Source: Phenylobacterium sp.
Lineage (GTDB): Bacteria; Pseudomonadota; Alphaproteobacteria; Caulobacterales; Caulobacteraceae
Length of the DNA: 64,000 nucleotides
Direction: 5' to 3'
Assembly: GCF_004799395.1 (NCBI RefSeq)
Contig: NZ_SSMZ01000080.1
Location: 5,705-69,704 of the forward strand
Positions 37,517 through 45,725 of this stretch are shown here, one piece after another (the first letter of the stretch is position 1; each line of letters opens with the position of its first letter). Under the pieces are notes generated by a model. It worked only from the letters and a program-made list of their open reading frames with translations, was not told where the DNA came from and ran no database searches. The position numbers and the translations under genes are program-made.

Positions 37517-38352
37517 GTGGAATCGCGCCGCTGGTGGTGGCGCTCGTGCTGGGATCGGCCCTGCTTCACGCCACCTGGAACGTCCTGCTGCGCTCCGGCG
37601 CCGACCGCCTGTGGACGATCACGGTTATGAGCCTGGTTTCGGGCCTGACCGCGGCCGCGGCGATCGGCTTCCTGCCCGCGCCGGCCCAGTCGAGTTGGGC
37701 CTATGCGGCGGGTTCGGGGCTACTGCAGGTGGGCTACTGCGTCTTCCTCGTCTGGGCCTACGAGAAGGGCGAGCTGAGCCAGGTGTACCCGATCGCACGC
37801 GGCGCGGCGCCCCTGCTGGTCGCCCTGGGCGCGGCGGTGTTCGCCGGCGAGCGCCTGTCGCCCGGCGCCCTGGCGGGCCTGGCGCTCATCTCCGGCGGCA
37901 TCGTGGGTCTCAGCATGGGCCGTGAGCGACTACACCTGCACGCCACCCTGCTGGCCCTGGCGAGCGGCGGCTTCATCGCCGCCTACATGGTCTGCGACGG
38001 CATCGGCGTGCGCCTCTCAGGCCAGCCGATCTCGTACTTCGCCTGGATGTCGCTGGCCCAGGCCGCGCCCATGCCCTTCGTCTATTTCGCCATCCGCCGC
38101 CGATGGCTGTCGATCGGGGTCGACCGCGAGACCGCCAAGGCGGTGGGCGGCGGGGCGATTTCCATCGTCGCCTATGGCGTCGTGGTCTGGGCCATGGCCG
38201 GGGCGCAGATGGCCAAGGTCTCGGGCCTGCGCGAGACCTCAATCCTGTTCGCCGCGATCCTGGCGGTGCTGTTCCTGAAGGAGCGCTTCACCCTGCGCCG
38301 CGGGATCTGCGCTGGCCTGATCTCGCTCGGCGCGATCCTGCTGGCAGGCTAG
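37513..38352 (+). CDS. EamA/DMT family transporter
   Basis: SALLHATWN, SQVYPIARG and LRETSILF motifs; about 10 TM helices; GTG overlaps the upstream stop. Confidence 0.88.
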   Translation: MSGIAPLVVALVLGSALLHATWNVLLRSGADRLWTITVMSLVSGLTAAAAIGFLPAPAQSSWAYAAGSGLLQVGYCVFLVWAYEKGELSQVYPIARGAAPLLVALGAAVFAGERLSPGALAGLALISGGIVGLSMGRERLHLHATLLALASGGFIAAYMVCDGIGVRLSGQPISYFAWMSLAQAAPMPFVYFAIRRRWLSIGVDRETAKAVGGGAISIVAYGVVVWAMAGAQMAKVSGLRETSILFAAILAVLFLKERFTLRRGICAGLISLGAILLAG

Positions 38353-38777
38353 GCCTCCAGCTGGGCGTCCAGGGTGATCTCGGCGTTCAGCACCTTGGAG
38401 ACCGGGCAGTTCTGTTCGGCGCCCTTGGCCAGCTCCTGGAACTTGGCGTCATCGAGGCCGGGGACCCTGGCCCGGAGCGTCAGCGCCGACTTGCTGATCC
38501 GGAACCCGCCGCCGTCGGCCGGGTCCAGCGACACCGCGGCTTCGGTCTTCAGCTCCAGCGGTGTCAGCCCCGCCTGCTGCAGGGCGAAGGCCAGCGCCAT
38601 GGTGAAACAGCCGGCGTGGGCCGCGGCCAGCAGTTCCTCGGGATTGGTCCCCGGCTCATCCTCGAAGCGGGTCTTGTAGCTATAGGCCGTGCCGTTCAGC
38701 ACGCCTGACGCCGTCGTCAGATCGCCCGCCCCGTCGCGGCCCGTGCCGCGCCACATCGCGTTCGCCTTGCGGATCAT
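38349..38777 (-). CDS. osmC: OsmC family peroxiredoxin
   Basis: GTNPEELLAAAHAGCF and CPVSKVL motifs. Confidence 0.92.
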   Translation of the reverse strand: MIRKANAMWRGTGRDGAGDLTTASGVLNGTAYSYKTRFEDEPGTNPEELLAAAHAGCFTMALAFALQQAGLTPLELKTEAAVSLDPADGGGFRISKSALTLRARVPGLDDAKFQELAKGAEQNCPVSKVLNAEITLDAQLEA

Positions 38778-38878
38778 TCGTCGCCTCCTTCTGGTTGCCT
38801 GGCCCCCTAGCTGGGCGCCGCCCATGACATTCGCTACCGCAAACCGACTCGACTCCCCCGGAACGCCGATTTATGTTG

Positions 38879-38893
38879 GAACAAACTGGGAAC
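38879..38893 (+). promoter_or_regulatory. LexA (SOS) box
   Basis: GAAC-AAACTGG-GAAC (GAAC-N7-GAAC), immediately before the SD of the VOC gene. Confidence 0.82.
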
Positions 38894-38911
38894 ATAAGGA
38901 GCGGCCGCGCC

Positions 38912-39250
38912 ATGCGGGACGACGGCAAGATCGACTATGTGGAGATGCCGGCGAGCGACCTGCCGGCCACCAAGGCCTTCTACGCCAAGGCCTTCGGCTG
39001 GAGCTTCACCGACTACGGCCCGGAATACGCCTCGATGAGCGAGGGCCTGGACGGCGGCTTCTACGCCGACGCCGCCGAGGCCGTCGCAAAGCCCCTGGTG
39101 ATCCTCTACGCCGCCGATCTGGAGGCCATGGAAGCCAAGGTCATCGCCGCCGGCGCGACCATCGTGCGCCCGATCTTCAGCTTCCCCGGCGGCCGAAGAT
39201 TCCACTTCACCGATCCGAGCGGGAATGAGCTGGCGGTGTGGGGGGAGTAG
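38912..39250 (+). CDS. VOC (glyoxalase/bleomycin-resistance) family protein, probably MmcA-like
   Basis: IDYVEMP, FYAKAFGWSFTDYG and FPGGRRFHFTDPSGNELAVW motifs; LexA box upstream. Confidence 0.85.
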   Translation: MRDDGKIDYVEMPASDLPATKAFYAKAFGWSFTDYGPEYASMSEGLDGGFYADAAEAVAKPLVILYAADLEAMEAKVIAAGATIVRPIFSFPGGRRFHFTDPSGNELAVWGE

Positions 39251-39328
39251 GCGGCTTTCGCTTGCAGGCTGAGTCCGGCTTTCTTCACCTCCGTCGTCTG
39301 ATAGTCTGCGCGGCCTTGGGGATGGCGC

Positions 39329-40651
39329 ATGCGGCAACGGACATCGCTGGCAGTCTTGGCGGCGTTCGCGCTGGGCCTTTCGGCCGGCGCGGCGCGCGCG
39401 GTGGATGAGGGCAGGCTGAAGAACCTGTCGGCGCCGGCGCCGATCTCGGTGACGGCCCTGCCGGCCGATGCGCGGACGGTGAAATTCGCCAAGCTCGTGG
39501 TGCAGCTGAAGCCCGAACCCTGGGCCTTCCTGCGTAACAAGGACAGCCTCGCAGACGACCGCCTGATCAGCGCGCAGGACGGGCAGAAGGCGATCAGCCC
39601 CGGCCTCTTCGCCCAGATCTTCGAGGAGGAGCTGAAGAAGGCCAGCGGCAGGACCGCGACCGCCGGCGGCCTCTTCACCACCGAGGCGCCGGCGCCGCCG
39701 GAGTTGCTGGCGGCGGCCAAGATCACCGACATGCAAGGGCGGTTCTGCAAGAGCTGCGGCCTGATCCTCTCCAGTGGCCGCTGGGAGGGCGCGGTGGTGA
39801 TGACCGCCCACTGGGAGGTCTATTCCGTCGCCGAGCAGAAGGTGGTCGTCGCCGCCGACATCACCAGCGGCTTCAACGCGCCGTCGAAGGGCATCGACGG
39901 CGATCCCAGCCTGATGATCAACGACGCCTTCCGCGACAATGTCCGCCGGCTGATCGACTTCGTCGACTTCCGCCGCGCGGTCGCGGCGCCGGCGCAGGCG
40001 GCGCTCCCCTCCACGCCGCCGCCGTCGACGCTCGCGACGCTCGGCCTGGTGGCGGCCAAGCCCAAGCCGGGCATCGCCCAGGCCTCGCTTTCCGTCGCCC
40101 TGGTGATCTCGCCGCAGGGCTCGGGCAGCGGTTTCCTGGTCTCCGACGATGGCCTGCTGATCACCAACCACCACGTCGTGGGCGCCGCCAAGGTCGTGCG
40201 GCTGAAGTGGCCGGACGGCGGCGAGACCATCGGCGAAGTGCTGCGCAGCGACCCGCACCGCGACGTGGCCCTGATCCGCACCGCCCCGGGCGGCCGGCCG
40301 GCGCTGGGCCTGCGCCACGCCGCCGTCCAGCAGGGCGAGACGGTATTCGCCATCGGCTCGCCGCTCGGCGCCCAATTCCAGAACACCATGAGCAAGGGCA
40401 TCGTCTCGGCGCTGCGCAACCAGCAGGGCCAGGCCTTCATCCAGAGCGACGTGATGGTCAATCACGGCTCCTCCGGCGGGCCGCTGCTTGACGAGACCGG
40501 CCGGGTGATCGGCCTCACCGCCTCGGGCCAGATGGTCAACGAGGCCCCGGTGGGCATCAACTTCTTCATCCCCATCGACGACGCGCTGAAGACCCTGAAC
40601 GTCACCGCGCCGCCCGAACCTGCGGTCCGCGAAGCCGACCGCAAACCCTGA
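39329..40651 (+). CDS. Secreted trypsin-like (S1C) serine protease with an N-terminal domain of unknown function
   Basis: GSGSGF, TNHHV, DVAL and NHGSSGGP catalytic motifs; no PDZ domain. Confidence 0.88.
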   Translation: MRQRTSLAVLAAFALGLSAGAARAVDEGRLKNLSAPAPISVTALPADARTVKFAKLVVQLKPEPWAFLRNKDSLADDRLISAQDGQKAISPGLFAQIFEEELKKASGRTATAGGLFTTEAPAPPELLAAAKITDMQGRFCKSCGLILSSGRWEGAVVMTAHWEVYSVAEQKVVVAADITSGFNAPSKGIDGDPSLMINDAFRDNVRRLIDFVDFRRAVAAPAQAALPSTPPPSTLATLGLVAAKPKPGIAQASLSVALVISPQGSGSGFLVSDDGLLITNHHVVGAAKVVRLKWPDGGETIGEVLRSDPHRDVALIRTAPGGRPALGLRHAAVQQGETVFAIGSPLGAQFQNTMSKGIVSALRNQQGQAFIQSDVMVNHGSSGGPLLDETGRVIGLTASGQMVNEAPVGINFFIPIDDALKTLNVTAPPEPAVREADRKP

Positions 40652-40659
40652 CCCGAAGG

Positions 40660-41916
40660 ATGCCGCCCATGCGCCGCCGCGCGTTCCTGACTGCCGCCGC
40701 CGCCGCCGCGGTGGCGGGTTCCGCCCTCGCCTCCGGCCTGGCCCGCGCCGCCGCGCCGACGGGCCTGACCTCCATGACCAAGGACGCCAGGCCGATCTCC
40801 CGCGAGGAACGGATGGCGCGGATCGGCAAGCTGCAGCGCCTGATGTCCGAGCAGGGTGTCGGAGGCATGATCATGGAGTCCGGTTCCAGCCTGGAATACT
40901 TCACGGGCGTCCAGTGGCGCCGCTCCGAGCGGACCACCGCGGCGGTGATCCCCGCCAAGGGCGAGCCGGTGCTGGTGACGCCGGCGTTCGAGGAGCCCTC
41001 CGTACGCGAAACCCTGGCGGTCGGCGGCGAGGTGCGCCCCTGGAACGAACATGAGAGCCCCTTCGCGTTGCTGGCCGGCGCGCTGCGCGACCGCGGCGCG
41101 GGCGTTGGCAAGATCGCCTTCGAGGACACCACGCGGCTCTACATCGTCGACGGCGTGCGCGCCGCCGCGCCGGGGCTGAGCATCGTCTCGGGCACCGCCC
41201 TGGTCCGCGCCTGCCGGCTGATCAAATCGCCCGCCGAACTGGCGCTGATGCAGACCGCCAACGACGTGACCCTGGCGGCGCTGCGCCACGTCCACGCCAA
41301 TGTCCATGCTGGCATGAACCCCGGCGAGATCGGCGGGCTGATGAACACCGCGACGTCGGCGCTGGGCGGTTCGCCGGAGTTCTCCCTGGTGCTGATCAAC
41401 GAGGCCAGCGCCTATCCGCACGGCTCCAAGCAGCCGCAGACCCTGCGCGACGGCTCGGTGATCCTGATGGACGTGGGTTGCACGGTGCATGGCTACCAGT
41501 CCGATATTTCCCGGACCTGGGTCATGGGCTCGCCCACCGCCAGGCACCGCAAGGTCTGGGACACCGTCAAGCGCGGCCAGGAGATCGCGCTCGCCGCGGC
41601 CAAGCCGGGCGTTCCGGTCGGGACGATCGACGACGCCGTGCGCGCCTACTACGAGAAGGAGGGCTGGGGCCCCGGCTACAAGCTGCCGGGCCTGTCGCAC
41701 CGCACCGGCCATGGCATCGGCCTGGACGGCCACGAGCCGCCCTATCTGGTGCACGGCGATGCGACGCCGCTGGAGGCCGGCATGTGCTTCTCCGACGAGC
41801 CGGGCATCTACATCCCAGGCGAGTTCGGCATCCGGCTGGAGGATTGCTGGCGGATGACCGAGACCGGTCCGAAGCTGTTCACCCCCTTCGCCAGGTCCAT
41901 CGACGACCCGATCTAG
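40660..41916 (+). CDS. Tat-exported M24 Xaa-Pro dipeptidase
   Basis: Twin-Arg MRRRAFL; GYQSDISRT, HRTGHGIG, EPGIY and GIRLED motifs. Confidence 0.9.
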   Translation: MPPMRRRAFLTAAAAAAVAGSALASGLARAAAPTGLTSMTKDARPISREERMARIGKLQRLMSEQGVGGMIMESGSSLEYFTGVQWRRSERTTAAVIPAKGEPVLVTPAFEEPSVRETLAVGGEVRPWNEHESPFALLAGALRDRGAGVGKIAFEDTTRLYIVDGVRAAAPGLSIVSGTALVRACRLIKSPAELALMQTANDVTLAALRHVHANVHAGMNPGEIGGLMNTATSALGGSPEFSLVLINEASAYPHGSKQPQTLRDGSVILMDVGCTVHGYQSDISRTWVMGSPTARHRKVWDTVKRGQEIALAAAKPGVPVGTIDDAVRAYYEKEGWGPGYKLPGLSHRTGHGIGLDGHEPPYLVHGDATPLEAGMCFSDEPGIYIPGEFGIRLEDCWRMTETGPKLFTPFARSIDDPI

Positions 41917-42034
41917 CATCAGGGTTAGCGGCTTGGCCGTACCTTAGATCAACCACGCTCGTTGACCGGCGCTACATCTTTGCGCGGTTTGATGGCGGTC
42001 TCGATTGAGGGGGGCTCCTCGATCGGAGGCGGAC

Positions 42035-42745
42035 GTGACCGACCCGGAGCGGCCTGACGCGGCGAACGACGACCTGGGCGCAAATCCGCGCCGCCGTGGC
42101 CCGGCGGCGGCGCCCGACGAGCGCCGGGAACTCGACCACCGCCTGGCCAACAGCCTGCAGCTCGCCGCCGATTTCCTGATCTTCGCCCAGCTTCGGGTGA
42201 TGGACGCCGAGGCCCGCACCGTGCTGCGCGAGACGGCCGACCGGCTCTCGGCGGTCGGCCAGATGCACCGGTTCATGGCGATCCGCCGCGGGCCGCAGGT
42301 CGACCTGGCGGCATTCCTGGCCGAGCTGGGCGAGCTGATCGCCGAGAGCACCGGCCTCGCCTGCGATGTCGACGCCGAGCCCGTCGAGGTCCCCGGCGAC
42401 CTCGCCCAGCACCTGGCGATCGCGGTCAACGAACTGGCGATGAACGCCGCCAAGCACGCCTATGCCTGGGGCGAGCGCGGCCCCCTGCACATCATCTGCC
42501 GCCGTCAGGGGAGCGGTCGCCTGCGCCTGACCGTCGCCGACGAGGGCCGAGGCCTCGGCGAGGCTTTCAACGGCCCCCGGCTCGGCGGCCTGGGCATGGC
42601 CATCGTCCAGGCGGTAGTGCGCCAGCTGGACGGCCTGTTCGAGGCAGTCAGCGACCACGGCGCGCGCTTCACCCTGAGCGTCCCCCTGCCCGGGACGCCG
42701 CCTCCGGCGCCCCGCTCCTTCGCGCCGCCGGGCGCCGAGGACTGA
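42035..42745 (+). CDS. Sensor-less HisKA_2/HWE-type histidine kinase
   Basis: ELDHRLANSLQ H-box, NELAMNAAKHA, DEGRG and GLGM; only about 30 aa precede the H-box. Confidence 0.85.
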   Translation: MTDPERPDAANDDLGANPRRRGPAAAPDERRELDHRLANSLQLAADFLIFAQLRVMDAEARTVLRETADRLSAVGQMHRFMAIRRGPQVDLAAFLAELGELIAESTGLACDVDAEPVEVPGDLAQHLAIAVNELAMNAAKHAYAWGERGPLHIICRRQGSGRLRLTVADEGRGLGEAFNGPRLGGLGMAIVQAVVRQLDGLFEAVSDHGARFTLSVPLPGTPPPAPRSFAPPGAED

Positions 42746-42748
42746 ACC

Positions 42749-43801
42749 CTAGCCCTTCGCGTCCTGGATCGCCGAGAGCTTCCAGGGACCCCCGATCTGA
42801 CGGACGAAGGTCCAGAGTTCGGTGGTCTGGCTGGGGGTGTCGGGATCGCCGCTCAGCACCGCGCCGGTCGTGCGGTCGCGCATCAGGTCGACGCTCTCGT
42901 AGCGCATCGACGCGGTTGCATATTCCACGTCGTTCTCGCGCCAGGCTTCGCCCACGTCGGCCTGCAGGAGGCGCGTGCCGCTGACCTCGTTGCGGCGCCC
43001 ATGGGTGGCGTTCTCGCTGAGCTCTTCAGACAGGTAGGAGACGATCTCCGGCGTGCAGTGCTCGCGCAAGGCCGCGTAGTCTTCGCGCCCGAACGCGTCC
43101 TGGATCTCCTTCAGCAGGCCCTCGAAGGTCGCCTGATCCTGCGGGGTGATCGGAGTCTCCCAGCTGGGGCCCGTGGTGGGCACATAGGGCGCCGCCGCCG
43201 GACCGCCGCCGAAGCCCGTGCCGCCGAACGGGCCACCGCCGAACCCTGCGCCGGCGCCGCCGAACGGCTGCGGACCGCCGCCATAGGACGGCTGCTCGAA
43301 GGCCGAATAGCCGCTGCGCCGGCGGATCAGGCGCATGACGAAACTGACGATGAAGAACAGCACCAGCAGCTGGATCAGGATGGTCAGCAGGCCGCCCCCG
43401 CCGCCGCCCCATCCGGAGCCGCCCCAGCCGCCGCCCCAGTGGTGGCCGAACAGGCCGCCGATCAGACCGCCGGCCACTAGGCCGCCCATGAAGCCGCCAA
43501 AGGGGCTGCGCCCGAAGGGACCGCCGCCATAGCCGTAACCCGGCTGATAGCCTGAGTAGCCCGGCATGCCGGGTTGCGGTGCAAAGGCTCCGCCCGGCGT
43601 GGCCGAGGGCGAGGTCATGGACCGCTGCACCGGGGCTGTGGAGCCGGGTGCGGTGGCGGTGGGCGCCGGCGCGGAATAGGTGCGCGATCCGCGGCTGCCG
43701 AAACTGCCGCCGCGCCGGGCGTCGGCCGGCGCCGCCACCAGCATGCAAACCGCCAGCGCCATGCCGAGCGCGGCGGAAATCTTGGTCCGAAGACGCGTCA
43801 T
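42749..43801 (-). CDS. Tim44-like domain protein with Gly-rich N-terminus
   Basis: ARRGGSFGSRGSRT and TELWTFVR...WKLSAIQ motifs. Confidence 0.88.
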   Translation of the reverse strand: MTRLRTKISAALGMALAVCMLVAAPADARRGGSFGSRGSRTYSAPAPTATAPGSTAPVQRSMTSPSATPGGAFAPQPGMPGYSGYQPGYGYGGGPFGRSPFGGFMGGLVAGGLIGGLFGHHWGGGWGGSGWGGGGGGLLTILIQLLVLFFIVSFVMRLIRRRSGYSAFEQPSYGGGPQPFGGAGAGFGGGPFGGTGFGGGPAAAPYVPTTGPSWETPITPQDQATFEGLLKEIQDAFGREDYAALREHCTPEIVSYLSEELSENATHGRRNEVSGTRLLQADVGEAWRENDVEYATASMRYESVDLMRDRTTGAVLSGDPDTPSQTTELWTFVRQIGGPWKLSAIQDAKG

Positions 43802-43975
43802 CTAAAATTCTCCCCTGACGTCTTTCATGTAAGTCGCCGCCGCCGGCCCCGCCAGATGAGGCCGCTGCATCACAAAGCCGCGATCCCTGCCGCGTCGCGA
43901 CGCGAGGATCGGTCCGGGCTTGACCGTGGCGGCTTGCGTCACGACCTTCCGCAATCAGCCAGACCGGAGCGCGTC

Positions 43976-44626
43976 GTGAATCCCTTTCCCGAAGACATCT
44001 TCACCGAGCCGGAAGACGTCGATCCAAACACCCTGGCCAACCTCGGCCCGCTCGCGCGCCTCGCCGGGATCTGGCAGGGCAAGAAGGGCGTCGACCTCAA
44101 CCCCAAGGCCGACGGACCCGAGCGGCGCGTCTATCTCGAGCGCATCGAGATGCAGCCGATCGACCCGCAGGCCAACGGCCCGCAGCTGTTCTATGGCCTG
44201 CGCTACCACGTTCATATCAACACCGAGGAAGAGGACATCACTTTCCACGACCAGGTGGGCTACTGGCTGTGGGAGCCGGCGACCGGGCTGATCCTGCAGA
44301 CCGTGGCGATCCCCCGCGGCCAGGTGGTGCTGGCCGGCGGCGTCGCGGCGCCCGACGGCTCGGGCCTCAGCGTCAGCGCGCGCCGCGGCTCGACCGAGCA
44401 CGGCATCGCTTCCACCGCCTTCCTGGAATACGCCTTCCGCACCGACGCCTACGATCTGAAGGTGACCTTCAATCCCGATGGAAGCTGGTCCTACGTCTCG
44501 GAAACCATGCTCACTGTGCGCGGCCGCGCCGAGCCGTTCCGCCACCTCGACATCAACCGCCTGACGAAGATCGGCGAGCCCACGCCAAACCCGCTGGCGC
44601 TGATCGGCGCGGCCCAGCCGGCCTGA
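43976..44626 (+). CDS. Nitrobindin/FABP-like heme-binding beta-barrel protein
   Basis: LGPLARLAGIWQG, FHDQVGYWLWEP and FRHLDINRL motifs. Confidence 0.82.
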   Translation: MNPFPEDIFTEPEDVDPNTLANLGPLARLAGIWQGKKGVDLNPKADGPERRVYLERIEMQPIDPQANGPQLFYGLRYHVHINTEEEDITFHDQVGYWLWEPATGLILQTVAIPRGQVVLAGGVAAPDGSGLSVSARRGSTEHGIASTAFLEYAFRTDAYDLKVTFNPDGSWSYVSETMLTVRGRAEPFRHLDINRLTKIGEPTPNPLALIGAAQPA

Positions 44627-44634
44627 TTGGAACG

Positions 44635-45195
44635 TCAGGCGCCGGGCTTCTCGCCGCGCCGGTCGGGCGTGTCCTGGATCGGCATGTCGATGTCGCGCAG
44701 CCCCGAAGCCTTCAGGGCGGTATGGATGTCGCCCGGCCCGTTGACGTCGGTGGTGGTGGTGAAGCTGAAGCCGGCCGGTAGGGCGCGATGTTCGGACTCA
44801 TTCTGGAAACCGCCCTGCGCGCCGGCGTTTAGCGCCAGCTTGTAGGTCTTGCCCGGCTCAGCGGTGCAAAGAAGGACGAAGGTCTTGCGGTCGTCCAGCA
44901 GACGCGCGGTCTTCAGGCACGGCAGCGGCTCGGCGCCGGCCGAGGAGGTGACGTCGAAGCCGGTCTGCAGCATCGATTGGTCGAAGGTCACGCTGAGCAC
45001 AAGCAAGCCCGGGGCGATCGCCGCGCCGGCGGCCGGATAGGATTTGACCAGCTTGGGCGCCTCGCTTCTCGGGAAGACGGTGAGCGGCGAGACAGTGGCC
45101 GGCGGCGGCGGCGGGCCAGGTGCCACGGCGGGCGGCGCGGCGGCGGCGGCGCTGCTGGCAAGGGCGGCGGCGAGGATCGAGGCGGCAAGACGCAT
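44635..45195 (-). CDS. Secreted hypothetical protein (Ig-like domain)
   Basis: Signal peptide, Pro-rich linker, and a YPAAGA...LSVTFDQSM...PGKTYKL pattern. Confidence 0.7.
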   Translation of the reverse strand: MRLAASILAAALASSAAAAAPPAVAPGPPPPPATVSPLTVFPRSEAPKLVKSYPAAGAAIAPGLLVLSVTFDQSMLQTGFDVTSSAGAEPLPCLKTARLLDDRKTFVLLCTAEPGKTYKLALNAGAQGGFQNESEHRALPAGFSFTTTTDVNGPGDIHTALKASGLRDIDMPIQDTPDRRGEKPGA

Positions 45196-45333
45196 GGCCT
45201 TAAGACCCTGCCGCCCAACCGCGACCGGAACAAGGCCTCACCGCATCACCAGCGTTTCAGCTGGCTGGCGCAGGTCACCGGACAAAGGGACCGTCCAAAG
45301 ACGATCCTCTTCGACATTGATGGCGGTCGGCGA

Positions 45334-45531
45334 TCAGGCGCTCTGCAGCGCCTTCCGATGGCGGTAGGTCATTGCGCCGACGGCGAAGAACCCCAGGATC
45401 ATCATCGCCCAGGTCGAGGGCTCGGGAGCCGCCGAAGAACTGATCGTGGGAAAGGTCGCGGTCCAGTAGCCGGCCGTCGGGTATCCGGCGTAGGGATCTG
45501 CATTGTTGAGGGCGTTGAACTGGTCGGCCAC
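45334..45531 (-). pseudogene. Remnant of a PEPxxWA-CTERM protein
   Basis: Intact sorting signal APEPSTWAMMILGFFAVGAMTYRHRK, but no signal peptide. An in-frame stop lies about 38 codons upstream with no ATG in between. Confidence 0.7.
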
Positions 45532-45725
45532 GCTCGTCAGGGTTTGTCCCGAGGGCGTGTGGGCTACGGCGTCGACGGGAGGTTCAATGCCGCACGCAGC
45601 GAACTCGGGCCGGCTAATCCTCTGGGCCTGCTCCGCAGCGTGTCAGCGATAGTCAAAATCCGGACCTCGCCACCGCCCACGCCTCTGCTAACACTGCGAA
45701 GTCCAGCCGGGGAGCGCCTATCCAG

